From Armatimonadota bacterium (GTDB lineage: Bacteria; Armatimonadota; HRBIN16): a stretch of 64,000 nucleotides of DNA. Shown here piece after piece: positions 9,998-19,250 of this stretch. The notes beneath the pieces were generated by a model that saw only the letters and a program-made list of their open reading frames with translations, searched no databases and was not told the origin of the DNA. The DNA lies in assembly GCA_963677485.1 (NCBI GenBank), contig OY781964.1, forward strand, positions 2,944,001 to 3,008,000, read 5' to 3'. Within the stretch, counting starts at the first letter, position 1. Each line of letters begins with the position of its first letter. The position numbers and the translations under genes are program-made.

Positions 9998-11371
9998 TTG
10001 CCGAATATCCTCCTAGTCGAACCTAGTTATAAAACTAAGTTCCCGCCGATCGGTTTACTTCGATTATCTTCATATCATAAAGACAATGGAGATTGTGTTA
10101 GTTTTACTAGAGGCTGCTTACCAGCATATAGAGACCTGTATTGGGACCGTATTTACGTTTCCTCCTTGTTTACATATGAACTGCCGAGAACTGTAAAGAC
10201 AGTACAGTATTACCAACATGCAGTATCCAATCCCGATACCGACATAGTAGTTGGTGGCATCGCGGCAACTCTCATGCCTGACTACATTAAAGACCGGTGT
10301 AGGTGCCGCGTAGTAGTCGGCCCACTCAATCGTCAAGGTCTGATCGACCAACACATTCCCGACATATCGAACTACCGAATAGATTATAGAATCGCAGACG
10401 ATAAACAGTGGAATTATCGTCCTAACGACTGCTATTATTTACGTGCTACCACAGGTTGCATCAGGAAATGCTCGTTCTGTGCTGTCCCTGTAATCGAACC
10501 ATACTTTGGTTTATCCCGTCCGATCAAAGACCAGATTGACGAAGTAAATAACGAATTTGGTAATAAGAAGGATGCGGTATTCATGGACAACAATATACTG
10601 GCAGTCAATGAATTGCCAGATATCATAAGTCAGCTAGTCGACGCCGGATTTAGTACGAAAGCGACATATAATGGTTCACTACGGTCAGTAGACTTCAACC
10701 AAGGATTAGACGCCCGTCTTGTTACCCCACGCATAGCATCATTACTAGGCAAAATATGCTTGAGACCAGCCCGTTTTGCGTATGATAACGAATCTGTGAC
10801 AGATAAATATATCGATGCTATCAGCATGTGTGTAGACCAAGGTATAACCAACTATACGAACTATGTTATGTTCAACTTTCAGGATGATATATATTCCCTA
10901 TACAGACGGCTTGAGCGAAACATCATACTTTCTGCATCAAAAGGTATACGGGTTACCGGGTTTCCAATGAAATATGCTCCCATATATGATGTTGAACGGC
11001 ACTATATAGATGCGAAATGGCATTGGAAATATATCAGAGGTATTCAATGTATTCTAAACGCCACACATGGGATGGTTTCGCCCAATCCATCATTCTTCTA
11101 TCGGGCCTTTGGAAATACAGAAAATGCATTTGAAGAGATCGTATGCATGCCAGAAGGTTACATCATGAGCCGCGTGAAACGTACTGATGACGGTGCCATA
11201 GATGATTGGTTACAGTGTTTCCGCAAGCTATCGCGTGATGACAAAAATTTATATCTACATGCTTTGTCTGAGCTGCATGATGTTAAGGGTGATAGAAGCG
11301 TAATGCTGGATTACCCCCAGTTTGGTGAGCTATGGGTTCATTATGGAACGGATACAAACGTCACAATATAG
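9998..11371 (+). CDS. Radical SAM protein with B12-binding-like N-terminal domain
   Basis: CIRKCSFC (CxxxCxxC), N-terminal ILLVEP...PPIGLLRLSSYHK, VVGGIAATL, MDNN, VDFNQGLDAR; TTG start abuts the upstream stop. Confidence 0.9.
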   Translation: MPNILLVEPSYKTKFPPIGLLRLSSYHKDNGDCVSFTRGCLPAYRDLYWDRIYVSSLFTYELPRTVKTVQYYQHAVSNPDTDIVVGGIAATLMPDYIKDRCRCRVVVGPLNRQGLIDQHIPDISNYRIDYRIADDKQWNYRPNDCYYLRATTGCIRKCSFCAVPVIEPYFGLSRPIKDQIDEVNNEFGNKKDAVFMDNNILAVNELPDIISQLVDAGFSTKATYNGSLRSVDFNQGLDARLVTPRIASLLGKICLRPARFAYDNESVTDKYIDAISMCVDQGITNYTNYVMFNFQDDIYSLYRRLERNIILSASKGIRVTGFPMKYAPIYDVERHYIDAKWHWKYIRGIQCILNATHGMVSPNPSFFYRAFGNTENAFEEIVCMPEGYIMSRVKRTDDGAIDDWLQCFRKLSRDDKNLYLHALSELHDVKGDRSVMLDYPQFGELWVHYGTDTNVTI

Positions 11372-11623
11372 TGAAAATCCACGCCACACAACGTGGATTC
11401 AGGTTGCGGTAGCTTTCGTTTTAGCGATTGATATATTCAAAAGATACGGGTGACTACAAGAGGCACAGTATTACCCTCCCGTCATCCAATTACTCCGCGG
11501 TTCGGGAGAATCGGCGCAGGCATACCCCCCGTCCGCTTCAGCGGACCGGTATTGATCAGCGATGGGTGACGAGGCCCACTTTAGTGGGTTGATGGAACCC
11601 GTCGCTTCCTGCCCTTCCCCCCC

Positions 11624-12877
11624 CTACTCCCGCAAGTGCCCCTCCCCGATGGCTACCCACTTGGCGCAGGTGAGCTCCTCGGGACCTACCGGACCGCGGG
11701 CGTGCAGCTTGTCCGTGCTGATGCCCACCACCGCGCCCATGCCGTAGTCGCCGCCGCCGGATAGCCGCGTGCTGGCGTTGACCAGCACACTGGCGCTGTC
11801 CACCCCCAGGCAGAAGCGGTTGGCGGTGCTCATGCTGCTGGTGATAATGCCGTCGGTGTGCGAGCTGCCGTAGCTGTTGATGTGCTCCACGGCCTCCTCC
11901 AGACCATCCACCACGCGGATGCTCAGGATGGGGGCGAGGTATTCAGTGACCCAATCCTCCTCCGTGGCAGGCTTCATGGGAACAATCTGGCAACTGCGCT
12001 CGCAGCCGCGCAGCTCCACGCCGCGCTGGCGCAGGGCATCGGCCAGAACGGGCAGGGCGGTCGGCGCGATGGCGGCGTCCACCAGCAGCGTCTCCAGCGC
12101 GTTGCACACCTCCACCTTCTCCAGCTTGCTGTTCAGCACCAGCCGCACGGCCATTTCGATGTCGGCATCGGCGGCCACATACTGGTGGCAGATGCCGTCG
12201 TAGTGCTTGATGACCGGGATCAGGCTCTCCTCCGATACCCGCTTGATCAGCGACTTGCCGCCCCGCGGGATGATCACATCCACCAGCCCCTTCATGCGCA
12301 GTAACTGACCCACCGCAGCCCGGTCGGGCGTCCGCACGATCTGGATGGCGTCACGTGGCACCCCGCATCGGGCGGCGGCATCGGCCATGGTGTCGGCCAG
12401 CAGCACATTGGTGCGCAGCGCCTCGCTGCCCCCGCGCAAAATCACCGCATTCCCGCTGTACACGCACACGCTGGCGGCGTCGGTGGTCACATTGGGTCGG
12501 CTTTCATAGATGATGCCGATCACGCCCAGCGGCACGCTCACCCGGTGCACCTTCAAGCCGCTCGGGCGGGTATGACCCTTGGTGATGATGCCCAGCGGAT
12601 CGGGCAGATTGGCCAGATCGGAGAGGCGCTTCGCCATGTAGTCGAAGGCCTTGTCGTTCATCTCCAGCCGTTTGAGCATGGGGCCTTCCAGACCGGCCTC
12701 ACTCGCGGCCTGCACGTCCTGATCGTTGGCCGCTTTGATCGCCTCACGGCTGTCACTCAGCGCCTGGCCCATCGCTTTGATGGCGGCTTTGCGTACTTTC
12801 CCCGAGAGCTGCGAAAGCTCTCGGCTGGCCTTCTTGGCGCGCTCCGCCAGCGGGGTGATGTCACTATTCATATCCAT
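11624..12877 (-). CDS. proA: Gamma-glutamyl phosphate reductase
   Basis: VPLGVIGIIYESRPNVT, IIPRGG, CNALETLLV, GISTDKLHARGPVG; ATG 12877 with AGGAG RBS. Confidence 0.97.
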   Translation of the reverse strand: MDMNSDITPLAERAKKASRELSQLSGKVRKAAIKAMGQALSDSREAIKAANDQDVQAASEAGLEGPMLKRLEMNDKAFDYMAKRLSDLANLPDPLGIITKGHTRPSGLKVHRVSVPLGVIGIIYESRPNVTTDAASVCVYSGNAVILRGGSEALRTNVLLADTMADAAARCGVPRDAIQIVRTPDRAAVGQLLRMKGLVDVIIPRGGKSLIKRVSEESLIPVIKHYDGICHQYVAADADIEMAVRLVLNSKLEKVEVCNALETLLVDAAIAPTALPVLADALRQRGVELRGCERSCQIVPMKPATEEDWVTEYLAPILSIRVVDGLEEAVEHINSYGSSHTDGIITSSMSTANRFCLGVDSASVLVNASTRLSGGGDYGMGAVVGISTDKLHARGPVGPEELTCAKWVAIGEGHLRE

Positions 12878-12953
12878 GGAATTCTCCTGAAAGGTCAACG
12901 GATGACTCATCTTTTTACATGATATCGCAGCTCTTTGGTATAACGATGACAGG

Positions 12954-14882
12954 TTACGGCTCGATGTACATTGTATAGAGATCAGCCCGTCGCATCGTGA
13001 CTCGGAGGCGGTAATCGCCTTCTGGCAACGCAAAGACGGGCATTTTGATGCCGTCTCCCCGGACGTTAGCGGTGGCGAGCACTCGGCCCTTCGCATCCAG
13101 CCGCTCTATGCGTAGCAGACCGGTTGCGGCGACACGGGCGTTCACTCGGAGCACCCCGCCTCCCTGGATGGGACGGGTGACGAAGCTCCCCTGGCCGCTT
13201 CCGGCACGGACGCCGAACCAGCCGTCGGCACGGTAAGACATCACCCCCACAGCATAGTAGCCCTTACGGGTGTTCTCCGCCAGGCCTTCCCAACCACCGA
13301 TAGATTTGAAATATGGCAGGCTTTCCGCGAATCGGCGTTTCCCAAAGACCGCCTTGTAGTCGTCACTGGTGACTTCGCGCAGGGAGTTACGGCGGAACAA
13401 GGGCTCGGCGAGATAGTGCGGCAGCGACGTGCCTGATGCCATCTGATAATAACGGTCGCCTGCTTGGACAATATCCTGGCCGGTAAACAACATGCCGAAA
13501 TACCAGTCGGAAGGGTTATTTGACTTAACAAACGGTTGCGGGTCAGTGAAGTCGTAGAAGCTATAACCATCTCGGCTGTATTTAAGGTCTAGATAGACCT
13601 GCTGGCTCTGGCCGTCGTATGCGGCGATGAAAGCTAAATGGAGCCCTGCATCAGGCATGTACCGGATATCAGCGTCATATTGCTGCGTGAACGAGCTATC
13701 AATCGGACCGCATGTGGTGATGGAGTGACAATACTTCCAGTCAACGCCGTCAACGGTACTGTATATGGTCAGGATGCGACTGCTGTTTGGCAGCAAGTCG
13801 TAAGGCACATCGTATGGCGCGAAACGGCGCACAGTCTGACCGCGGGCAAGATATAGCGTTTTACCGTCATCAGACAGCCACATGTTGCCGAAATTGTCGT
13901 TGGTTGTGAAGCCGTCATCGAAGTTGTCGCCAGTGTATATCGGCACATCACGAAAGAGCGGCGTACCGCGCAGGAATACAGTCTGGCCAGATGTGGTGCG
14001 GGCAACGAGCCAGTAGGTTCGACTGCCAGCCTGAACACATCCAAAATCATGGGGCTCACTGTTTTGGATGACTCCGACGTCACGCAGAGTGTAGCTGCCA
14101 TGACGATTACGGTCGTACATCTCATACTTATCTTGGCTTGATGTCAAACCGAGTGTTCCGAAGTCTTTGTAGATATCTTTCATCGGCTGCATACGAGCGA
14201 CCGAAGTAACGAGCTTATATGGCCCCTCGGGCGATCGGCTCTGGACGGCAAAGTTTCTAGCATCACTAGAGTAAAGGTATCCTCGCCTGTACGGATGCTC
14301 CTGCCCCCTAATCACATAGTTGCCGTCAACTGTTTTGCCAACCGATATACCATACAAGTTCACCACATCGGGGCTAGTTGAGTGGTAGGCTTCGGTAAGT
14401 TTGGGCTTGGAATAGCGGATCTCGAGGTTGCGGAACGACTCAAAGAGCCAGCTATCGGGCGTGAAGAATATCTTGCGAAAACCGATAGGACCAGTGGGCT
14501 TCTGCATGGCGGGGATGCGCTCGATACGCAGCATGCGCTTCATCGAGGCTTTCCCTACCGTCACGGTGGCTATGTATCGTCCCGGAGGAATTGCGCCGAT
14601 GTTTTTAAGCACACAGGCGTTCCATCCTGGTGAAAGTTTGAAGCTCCCGTTCCAAACCTCCTTCTCTTCGGGTGAGGCAACGGAGACCGAAGCGGCGCGC
14701 AGCTCGGTCATTGCCTTGGGTATGACTACCGTGAGCTCGGCTTGCGAAGGGTTGCGGTAGATGGGCATCGTGAACTCGGCCTGCACTTCGGCGAAATCAA
14801 GCAACTCGCCGGCGGCTTGTGCGAAAGATGCACATGCGACAGCCAGTAAACATACGGCAAGACATAGTATCGTTCTTCTCAT
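12954..14882 (-). CDS. Secreted protein, possibly beta-propeller glycosidase-like
   Basis: Signal peptide; Asp-box-like STVDGVDW and YSRDG motifs; beta-rich C-terminal domain. Confidence 0.5.
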   Translation of the reverse strand: MRRTILCLAVCLLAVACASFAQAAGELLDFAEVQAEFTMPIYRNPSQAELTVVIPKAMTELRAASVSVASPEEKEVWNGSFKLSPGWNACVLKNIGAIPPGRYIATVTVGKASMKRMLRIERIPAMQKPTGPIGFRKIFFTPDSWLFESFRNLEIRYSKPKLTEAYHSTSPDVVNLYGISVGKTVDGNYVIRGQEHPYRRGYLYSSDARNFAVQSRSPEGPYKLVTSVARMQPMKDIYKDFGTLGLTSSQDKYEMYDRNRHGSYTLRDVGVIQNSEPHDFGCVQAGSRTYWLVARTTSGQTVFLRGTPLFRDVPIYTGDNFDDGFTTNDNFGNMWLSDDGKTLYLARGQTVRRFAPYDVPYDLLPNSSRILTIYSTVDGVDWKYCHSITTCGPIDSSFTQQYDADIRYMPDAGLHLAFIAAYDGQSQQVYLDLKYSRDGYSFYDFTDPQPFVKSNNPSDWYFGMLFTGQDIVQAGDRYYQMASGTSLPHYLAEPLFRRNSLREVTSDDYKAVFGKRRFAESLPYFKSIGGWEGLAENTRKGYYAVGVMSYRADGWFGVRAGSGQGSFVTRPIQGGGVLRVNARVAATGLLRIERLDAKGRVLATANVRGDGIKMPVFALPEGDYRLRVTMRRADLYTMYIEP

Positions 14883-15101
14883 GGGATAGCCTTCTTTCTG
14901 TGAGGCAGTGTCGGGGATCGCAACCAGGCGGTCTACCGAGGGGGCTTGTAGTTTGCATCCATGTCACTCAACCATGCACTAAGATTGCAATTCGCATACA
15001 TTGTACCCTGAAAGATCGCGGCGGGCATATGCTGGGCGTATAACCGGCGGGTGATATCACCGTATTCAGGTGCTGGGTTGATGGCGTTTCGCGAAACGCC
15101 C

Positions 15102-18100
15102 CTACATTTTTTTGATCAATCCCTCAATCGCGCGCGCAAGCTGACGCTTGACGGCGAACACGGCATCCGGGTCGGGCAGGATGGCGGACGAATACCTACC
15201 GCCGGTACTGGGCATACCGACCAGCTCTTCGGCGGACTTCAATGCCAGCTCCGCGGAGGCGGTATCCAAGCCCTTCGCCTTCGCTTGGGCGATCAGAGCG
15301 CGCAACAGGTGCAGGTATTCGTAATCCTCCACACCCTCACGCGCCTGAGCCATTCGGATGGAAGGGATCGGCGCATTGATGCCGACAGAGGCCCCCGGGT
15401 AGGCGATGTAGCCGTCTCCATTAGGATACCGCACGAAGTAGCTCTTGCCTGGCGTGTCGGTCTGCGGGATGTAGGAGTGCCAGCCGTATGTGTGCGGGTC
15501 ATAGGTCAGCCAGTTGGCCCCCCAGAACTCATAGCCCTCCACACCATACTTGTCGCAGTAGTGCGGCAGCAGCCGTTCAATCGCACAATATGGGGTATCC
15601 AGGCACATCTGGCCATCGGTGGTGAAACGCACCCGCGCACCGTCGGCTCGCAGCTTCTTGATGGTGGTTTCGGGCACATCGCCGTAGTGGCCGATTCCCC
15701 ATAAATTCAAGTAACCGTCCCAGCTATCCACATGCCCCCAAGTGCTGGAGTAGATGGGGATGGCGGGATCAACCTCCGCGATCATTTTGCAGAGTGCCTG
15801 CATCTGCGCGATGGTGGCCGGCTGGCTGTAGAAGGGCTCATCTGAGATGTAGTAGACCAGCTTCTTGTCCCAGCTATTTTGTTTCACATGATCCCAGTAA
15901 GCTTTTAAGCAGGCCTTCATGGCCGTTTTGAACTCTCGACGCAAGATGCGCCGGTCGACCCCATCATACGGGAACACCCCATCGTATGGCTTCTCTCCGA
16001 AGCGCACATCGGGCGGAAATCCCCAGCCAAACAGGTAGAACACATCGGGCATGTAGGAGCTGGGCAGATGCAGCACGTCCAAGTAGTATTCGGCCGCCTT
16101 GTCATACTCAGTGAAGTCCGCAACCACCTTGCCGTTCTCATAGCGGATGTCCGGGTTGGGATAGATACGGTCTGGGCACAGCCGATAATCGGCCATAAAC
16201 TTCCAGAACTGGCGGCGGCTTTGCTCGGTGCTCTGCCCGGGAATTTCCCATTCGGAACCCATCCGCACGTCATAGATCGCCACGGTATTCGACTGCTGCG
16301 GCAGCGAGAACCCCCACAAATGCACCGTGAAGGGAAGCTCCTTGACGCTCTTTCCGGCGGAGATCAGCTTGACCTTGCCCGCATAGTCACCAGGAGCTGC
16401 ATTCGTCGGCGTGCTGACGGTGATCCAAATCGGCTGGGTGCTGTTGGCCTCCAGCTTTACATGGTCACGCGGGTAGATGGGGTCTGGCCACATGCCAGCC
16501 CAACCGTCACATGCCGGTGGCGACTGCGGCACTTTTCGGAACCACACCGGGTTGGTATCCTGGTAGTAGTTGGTGGGGTAATCCACCGGCACGAAACCCA
16601 CCATACCCACATCGACACCGAGTTTTGAACCTGACTTGTTCACAGGTGCATCAACCACCACGCGGACGTCTGCCAGGGCCTTCGGGCTGCGCAGTGCCAG
16701 TTGCAGGGGCTCCTTCTCGTTACCCGCCATGGTGATCTGCACCGCGGGCTGTTTGCCGACCGGATGGTGTTCGTGAAACACCTTCTCGATGGCGTTCACC
16801 TGCCACAGCTCCAGAAGGCTGCTGCCCGGAGCCGGTCGGGTCAGCACCCCTCGCGGCATGGCGGAGCTGACTTCCATCACCACCACCCCATCGTGCCAGA
16901 GAGTGCCGGTGCCGTTTGTAGTGAGGTGCAGCTCTATCTCGCTGGAGTTGGAGGGAATGGTGAGCGAACCCGACAGCAGTGTCCAATCGGAGTCACCGCT
17001 GATCGCGGTGCCGATGTTGGCGTAGACAATCGTATCACCCTTCACATCAAGGATGTGCGCATACATCGATGTGCCCACGGAGAGCTGCTGGCTCCTCATC
17101 CATACCGCGCATAGATAACTCTGTCCTGGTTTGGCCTTGATCTTCTGACGCCAGCCCACCCAGGCCGCAGGACTACTAGCCGGCACCGCTATCTTGCCGC
17201 AGTGCTGGCCGAACAATCCGGGCGTGTCAACTGACATGCGGGTCGCCTCAGCACTGATGCCCTCAACGCCGCCTTGCCAGCCATCCGGGAATGGGCTGCC
17301 GGTCTCCAGACTTGGGTTCTTCGCGAGGTTGTTTGGGCTGTTGAGCAGTGCTTCATAGGCCTTCCGCGAGATGCCGTTTGTGGACGCCATCTTACCGGAC
17401 GCCGGGTTTTGTCGGGTGTCTTCCGTGGTTCCGGTGCTGCGCGTGCTGCTTATCTGAACCCCCACAGCCTTGCCCGCAGCTCGAGGATGTACATACAACC
17501 CCAGCGTCACCGAGTTCCGGGCAGGCAGGCTGACGCCCGAAATCAGCAGCGTGTTGCCTAGAAGGGTGCTGGGATAGCTGCGCAGCCCATCGGACACCAC
17601 GATGCTGGCGGTGTCTGCGTTGCGGCCCATGCGCGCTTTGGTGCCCGCTATGTCCACGCTAACCACGCTTGAACCGAGCGGTTGATCTGTGAAGTTGAAC
17701 AGCTTAACTGGTGCGCACCACTCCGTACCTTTCGGCCAGGTGGTGGCAAGCGTCTTTTCCGTGAGTTGCATCTTCTCAGGTGGGAACAGCTTGGTTGTGA
17801 TGGCAGCTTCAGTTCCCGTGGTCACCAGGCTGATGTCGTCAAACCAAGCGGTGCCGGTGCCGTAGAGCAAGGTGCCGAGGTCCGCCATGCTGCAGTCTTT
17901 CGGCACGGTGAACTCCGTGCTGACGCGGTGCCAGTCGTTGGTACCAGCCTGCCCAGCCGCCATGGGCGAGAGCACCATATAGTTTCCCGGGTTACCTACA
18001 TGGATGTAGATGCCCACGCTTCCGACCACATTTTCGGTGCGCACCCAAGCCGACAGGGTGTAGTGCTCACCGGCCACGAGCCGAAGGCCATCCTGGCGCG

Positions 18101-18725
18101 TTGATATCCAACTCGCGGCTGCATCCGACCGAACCTCCAGCTTCAAACAGCGCTTCCCTGAATGGGGGGTATCGGTGCTCCAACTGGCGGTGTGCTGCTC
18201 ATCGGCTGCATCGTGCTTCCAGCCGGTCGGCGTATTCGCCTGACCCTGCTCCACCCCTCCGTTTATGAGTTCACCACCGCCCTTCAGGAAGTCGGGCACG
18301 GCAAGCGCGTGCGGATTGTCAAAGTAGACGTAATACCGGCTGATGGAGGTAGGCTCGCAATCTACCGGTATCAGCAGCTTAGCGCCGTCAGGGATCGGCC
18401 CGCTGGTGATGTCCCTGCCCTGCGGACTGGTGAGCTTCCACAGCAGTTCGCGGCCTGAGGCGTCGCAGACACGCAGCCCCTTCGCATCGGTCGACACCAA
18501 CTTGATCTGCCCATCCTGCGAGCCGACGGTCAGGCTGACTGGCTCTCCTGCTAAGACTCGGCTGGAGCGGTTGGTTACCTCCACCATTTGCCTTTGCTTC
18601 CAGTAGCCGTCACCGCCCAGGTAGAGGTTGTTGTGCCAAGGCGCCGGTGCGGCTTGCATGGTACTGGTAGTTGAAAGAGCGATTATAAGAGCAAACCCAA
18701 CGAATAGTGAGCGAGATGATGACAT
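15102..18725 (-). CDS. Secreted multi-CBM, DUF4091 (GH123-like) glycoside hydrolase
   Basis: Signal peptide; two CBM_4_9-like repeats (NGGVE...WFDDISL and NPSLE...WHDGV); YISDEP; NGDGYIAYPG...SIRMAQAREGVEDYEYL. Confidence 0.8.
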   Translation of the reverse strand: MSSSRSLFVGFALIIALSTTSTMQAAPAPWHNNLYLGGDGYWKQRQMVEVTNRSSRVLAGEPVSLTVGSQDGQIKLVSTDAKGLRVCDASGRELLWKLTSPQGRDITSGPIPDGAKLLIPVDCEPTSISRYYVYFDNPHALAVPDFLKGGGELINGGVEQGQANTPTGWKHDAADEQHTASWSTDTPHSGKRCLKLEVRSDAAASWISTRQDGLRLVAGEHYTLSAWVRTENVVGSVGIYIHVGNPGNYMVLSPMAAGQAGTNDWHRVSTEFTVPKDCSMADLGTLLYGTGTAWFDDISLVTTGTEAAITTKLFPPEKMQLTEKTLATTWPKGTEWCAPVKLFNFTDQPLGSSVVSVDIAGTKARMGRNADTASIVVSDGLRSYPSTLLGNTLLISGVSLPARNSVTLGLYVHPRAAGKAVGVQISSTRSTGTTEDTRQNPASGKMASTNGISRKAYEALLNSPNNLAKNPSLETGSPFPDGWQGGVEGISAEATRMSVDTPGLFGQHCGKIAVPASSPAAWVGWRQKIKAKPGQSYLCAVWMRSQQLSVGTSMYAHILDVKGDTIVYANIGTAISGDSDWTLLSGSLTIPSNSSEIELHLTTNGTGTLWHDGVVVMEVSSAMPRGVLTRPAPGSSLLELWQVNAIEKVFHEHHPVGKQPAVQITMAGNEKEPLQLALRSPKALADVRVVVDAPVNKSGSKLGVDVGMVGFVPVDYPTNYYQDTNPVWFRKVPQSPPACDGWAGMWPDPIYPRDHVKLEANSTQPIWITVSTPTNAAPGDYAGKVKLISAGKSVKELPFTVHLWGFSLPQQSNTVAIYDVRMGSEWEIPGQSTEQSRRQFWKFMADYRLCPDRIYPNPDIRYENGKVVADFTEYDKAAEYYLDVLHLPSSYMPDVFYLFGWGFPPDVRFGEKPYDGVFPYDGVDRRILRREFKTAMKACLKAYWDHVKQNSWDKKLVYYISDEPFYSQPATIAQMQALCKMIAEVDPAIPIYSSTWGHVDSWDGYLNLWGIGHYGDVPETTIKKLRADGARVRFTTDGQMCLDTPYCAIERLLPHYCDKYGVEGYEFWGANWLTYDPHTYGWHSYIPQTDTPGKSYFVRYPNGDGYIAYPGASVGINAPIPSIRMAQAREGVEDYEYLHLLRALIAQAKAKGLDTASAELALKSAEELVGMPSTGGRYSSAILPDPDAVFAVKRQLARAIEGLIKKM

Positions 18726-18855
18726 GATAATCCTCCCAAGAGGGCAGATAAGATGCAGGCGACCAAACTAGTGACATGATACGCCATCACCTATCAGGCT
18801 GCAATCGGGTATCCACCATGGTGAATGCCGCTTGAGTGCTCAGAGCCACGTGAGC

Positions 18856-18884
18856 TTGACAGCTTCATTGGTATCTGGTACTAT
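18856..18884 (+). promoter_or_regulatory. Sigma70-type promoter of tRNA-Glu
   Basis: TTGACA-17 nt-TACTAT with TG extended -10. Confidence 0.8.
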
Positions 18885-18901
18885 ATCTTTGCACGCGATA
18901 T

Positions 18902-18978
18902 GGCCTCATCGTCTAGTGGCCTAGGACGCCTGGTTCTCAGCCAGGAGATCAGGGGTTCGAATCCCCTTGGGGCTACCA
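18902..18978 (+). tRNA. tRNA-Glu (CTC)
   Basis: Cloverleaf; anticodon arm CCTGG-TTCTCAG-CCAGG; GGTTCGAATCC; encoded CCA. Confidence 0.95.
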
Positions 18979-18983
18979 ATTTT

Positions 18984-19026
18984 CAGAGAGCGGAAAGCGA
19001 ACAGCTTTCCGCTCTCTGGCGTTTTA
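18984..19026 (+). terminator. Intrinsic terminator after tRNA-Glu
   Basis: CAGAGAGCGGAAAGC-gaaca-GCTTTCCGCTCTCTG followed by GTTTT. Confidence 0.8.
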
Positions 19027-19250
19027 GTAGGGTGATGGGATGTCTATGGCCACGTTCATACCATACAGCTTGTCTGCAGGTTGTGCAGGTGGCGTTACCG
19101 CCAGATTACGTGCTCTCATCGCTCGGATTTTGTGAGATGTAATCCGGGTGAGCACACTGCACTTGACATGATCTTAGTTATCTTCAAGGCTAGCTCAGAA
19201 TCCAGTTCACTTAATGAGCATCACATCATCATCATATGGAATACCGACAA

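Noticed and set aside
11553-11605. Hammerhead ribozyme
   Set aside because: TGACGAG plus a stem is suggestive, but the CUGANGA, GAAA and stem III core is incomplete
12878-13096. N-terminal extensions in the ORF track (proA, and likewise 3186-3284 and 30241-30324)
   Set aside because: They overlap neighbouring genes or repeats, and better starts with an RBS or translational coupling lie downstream
18902-18978. tRNA-Glu as an integration site
   Set aside because: No adjacent integrase and no duplicated tRNA 3' end seen in the window
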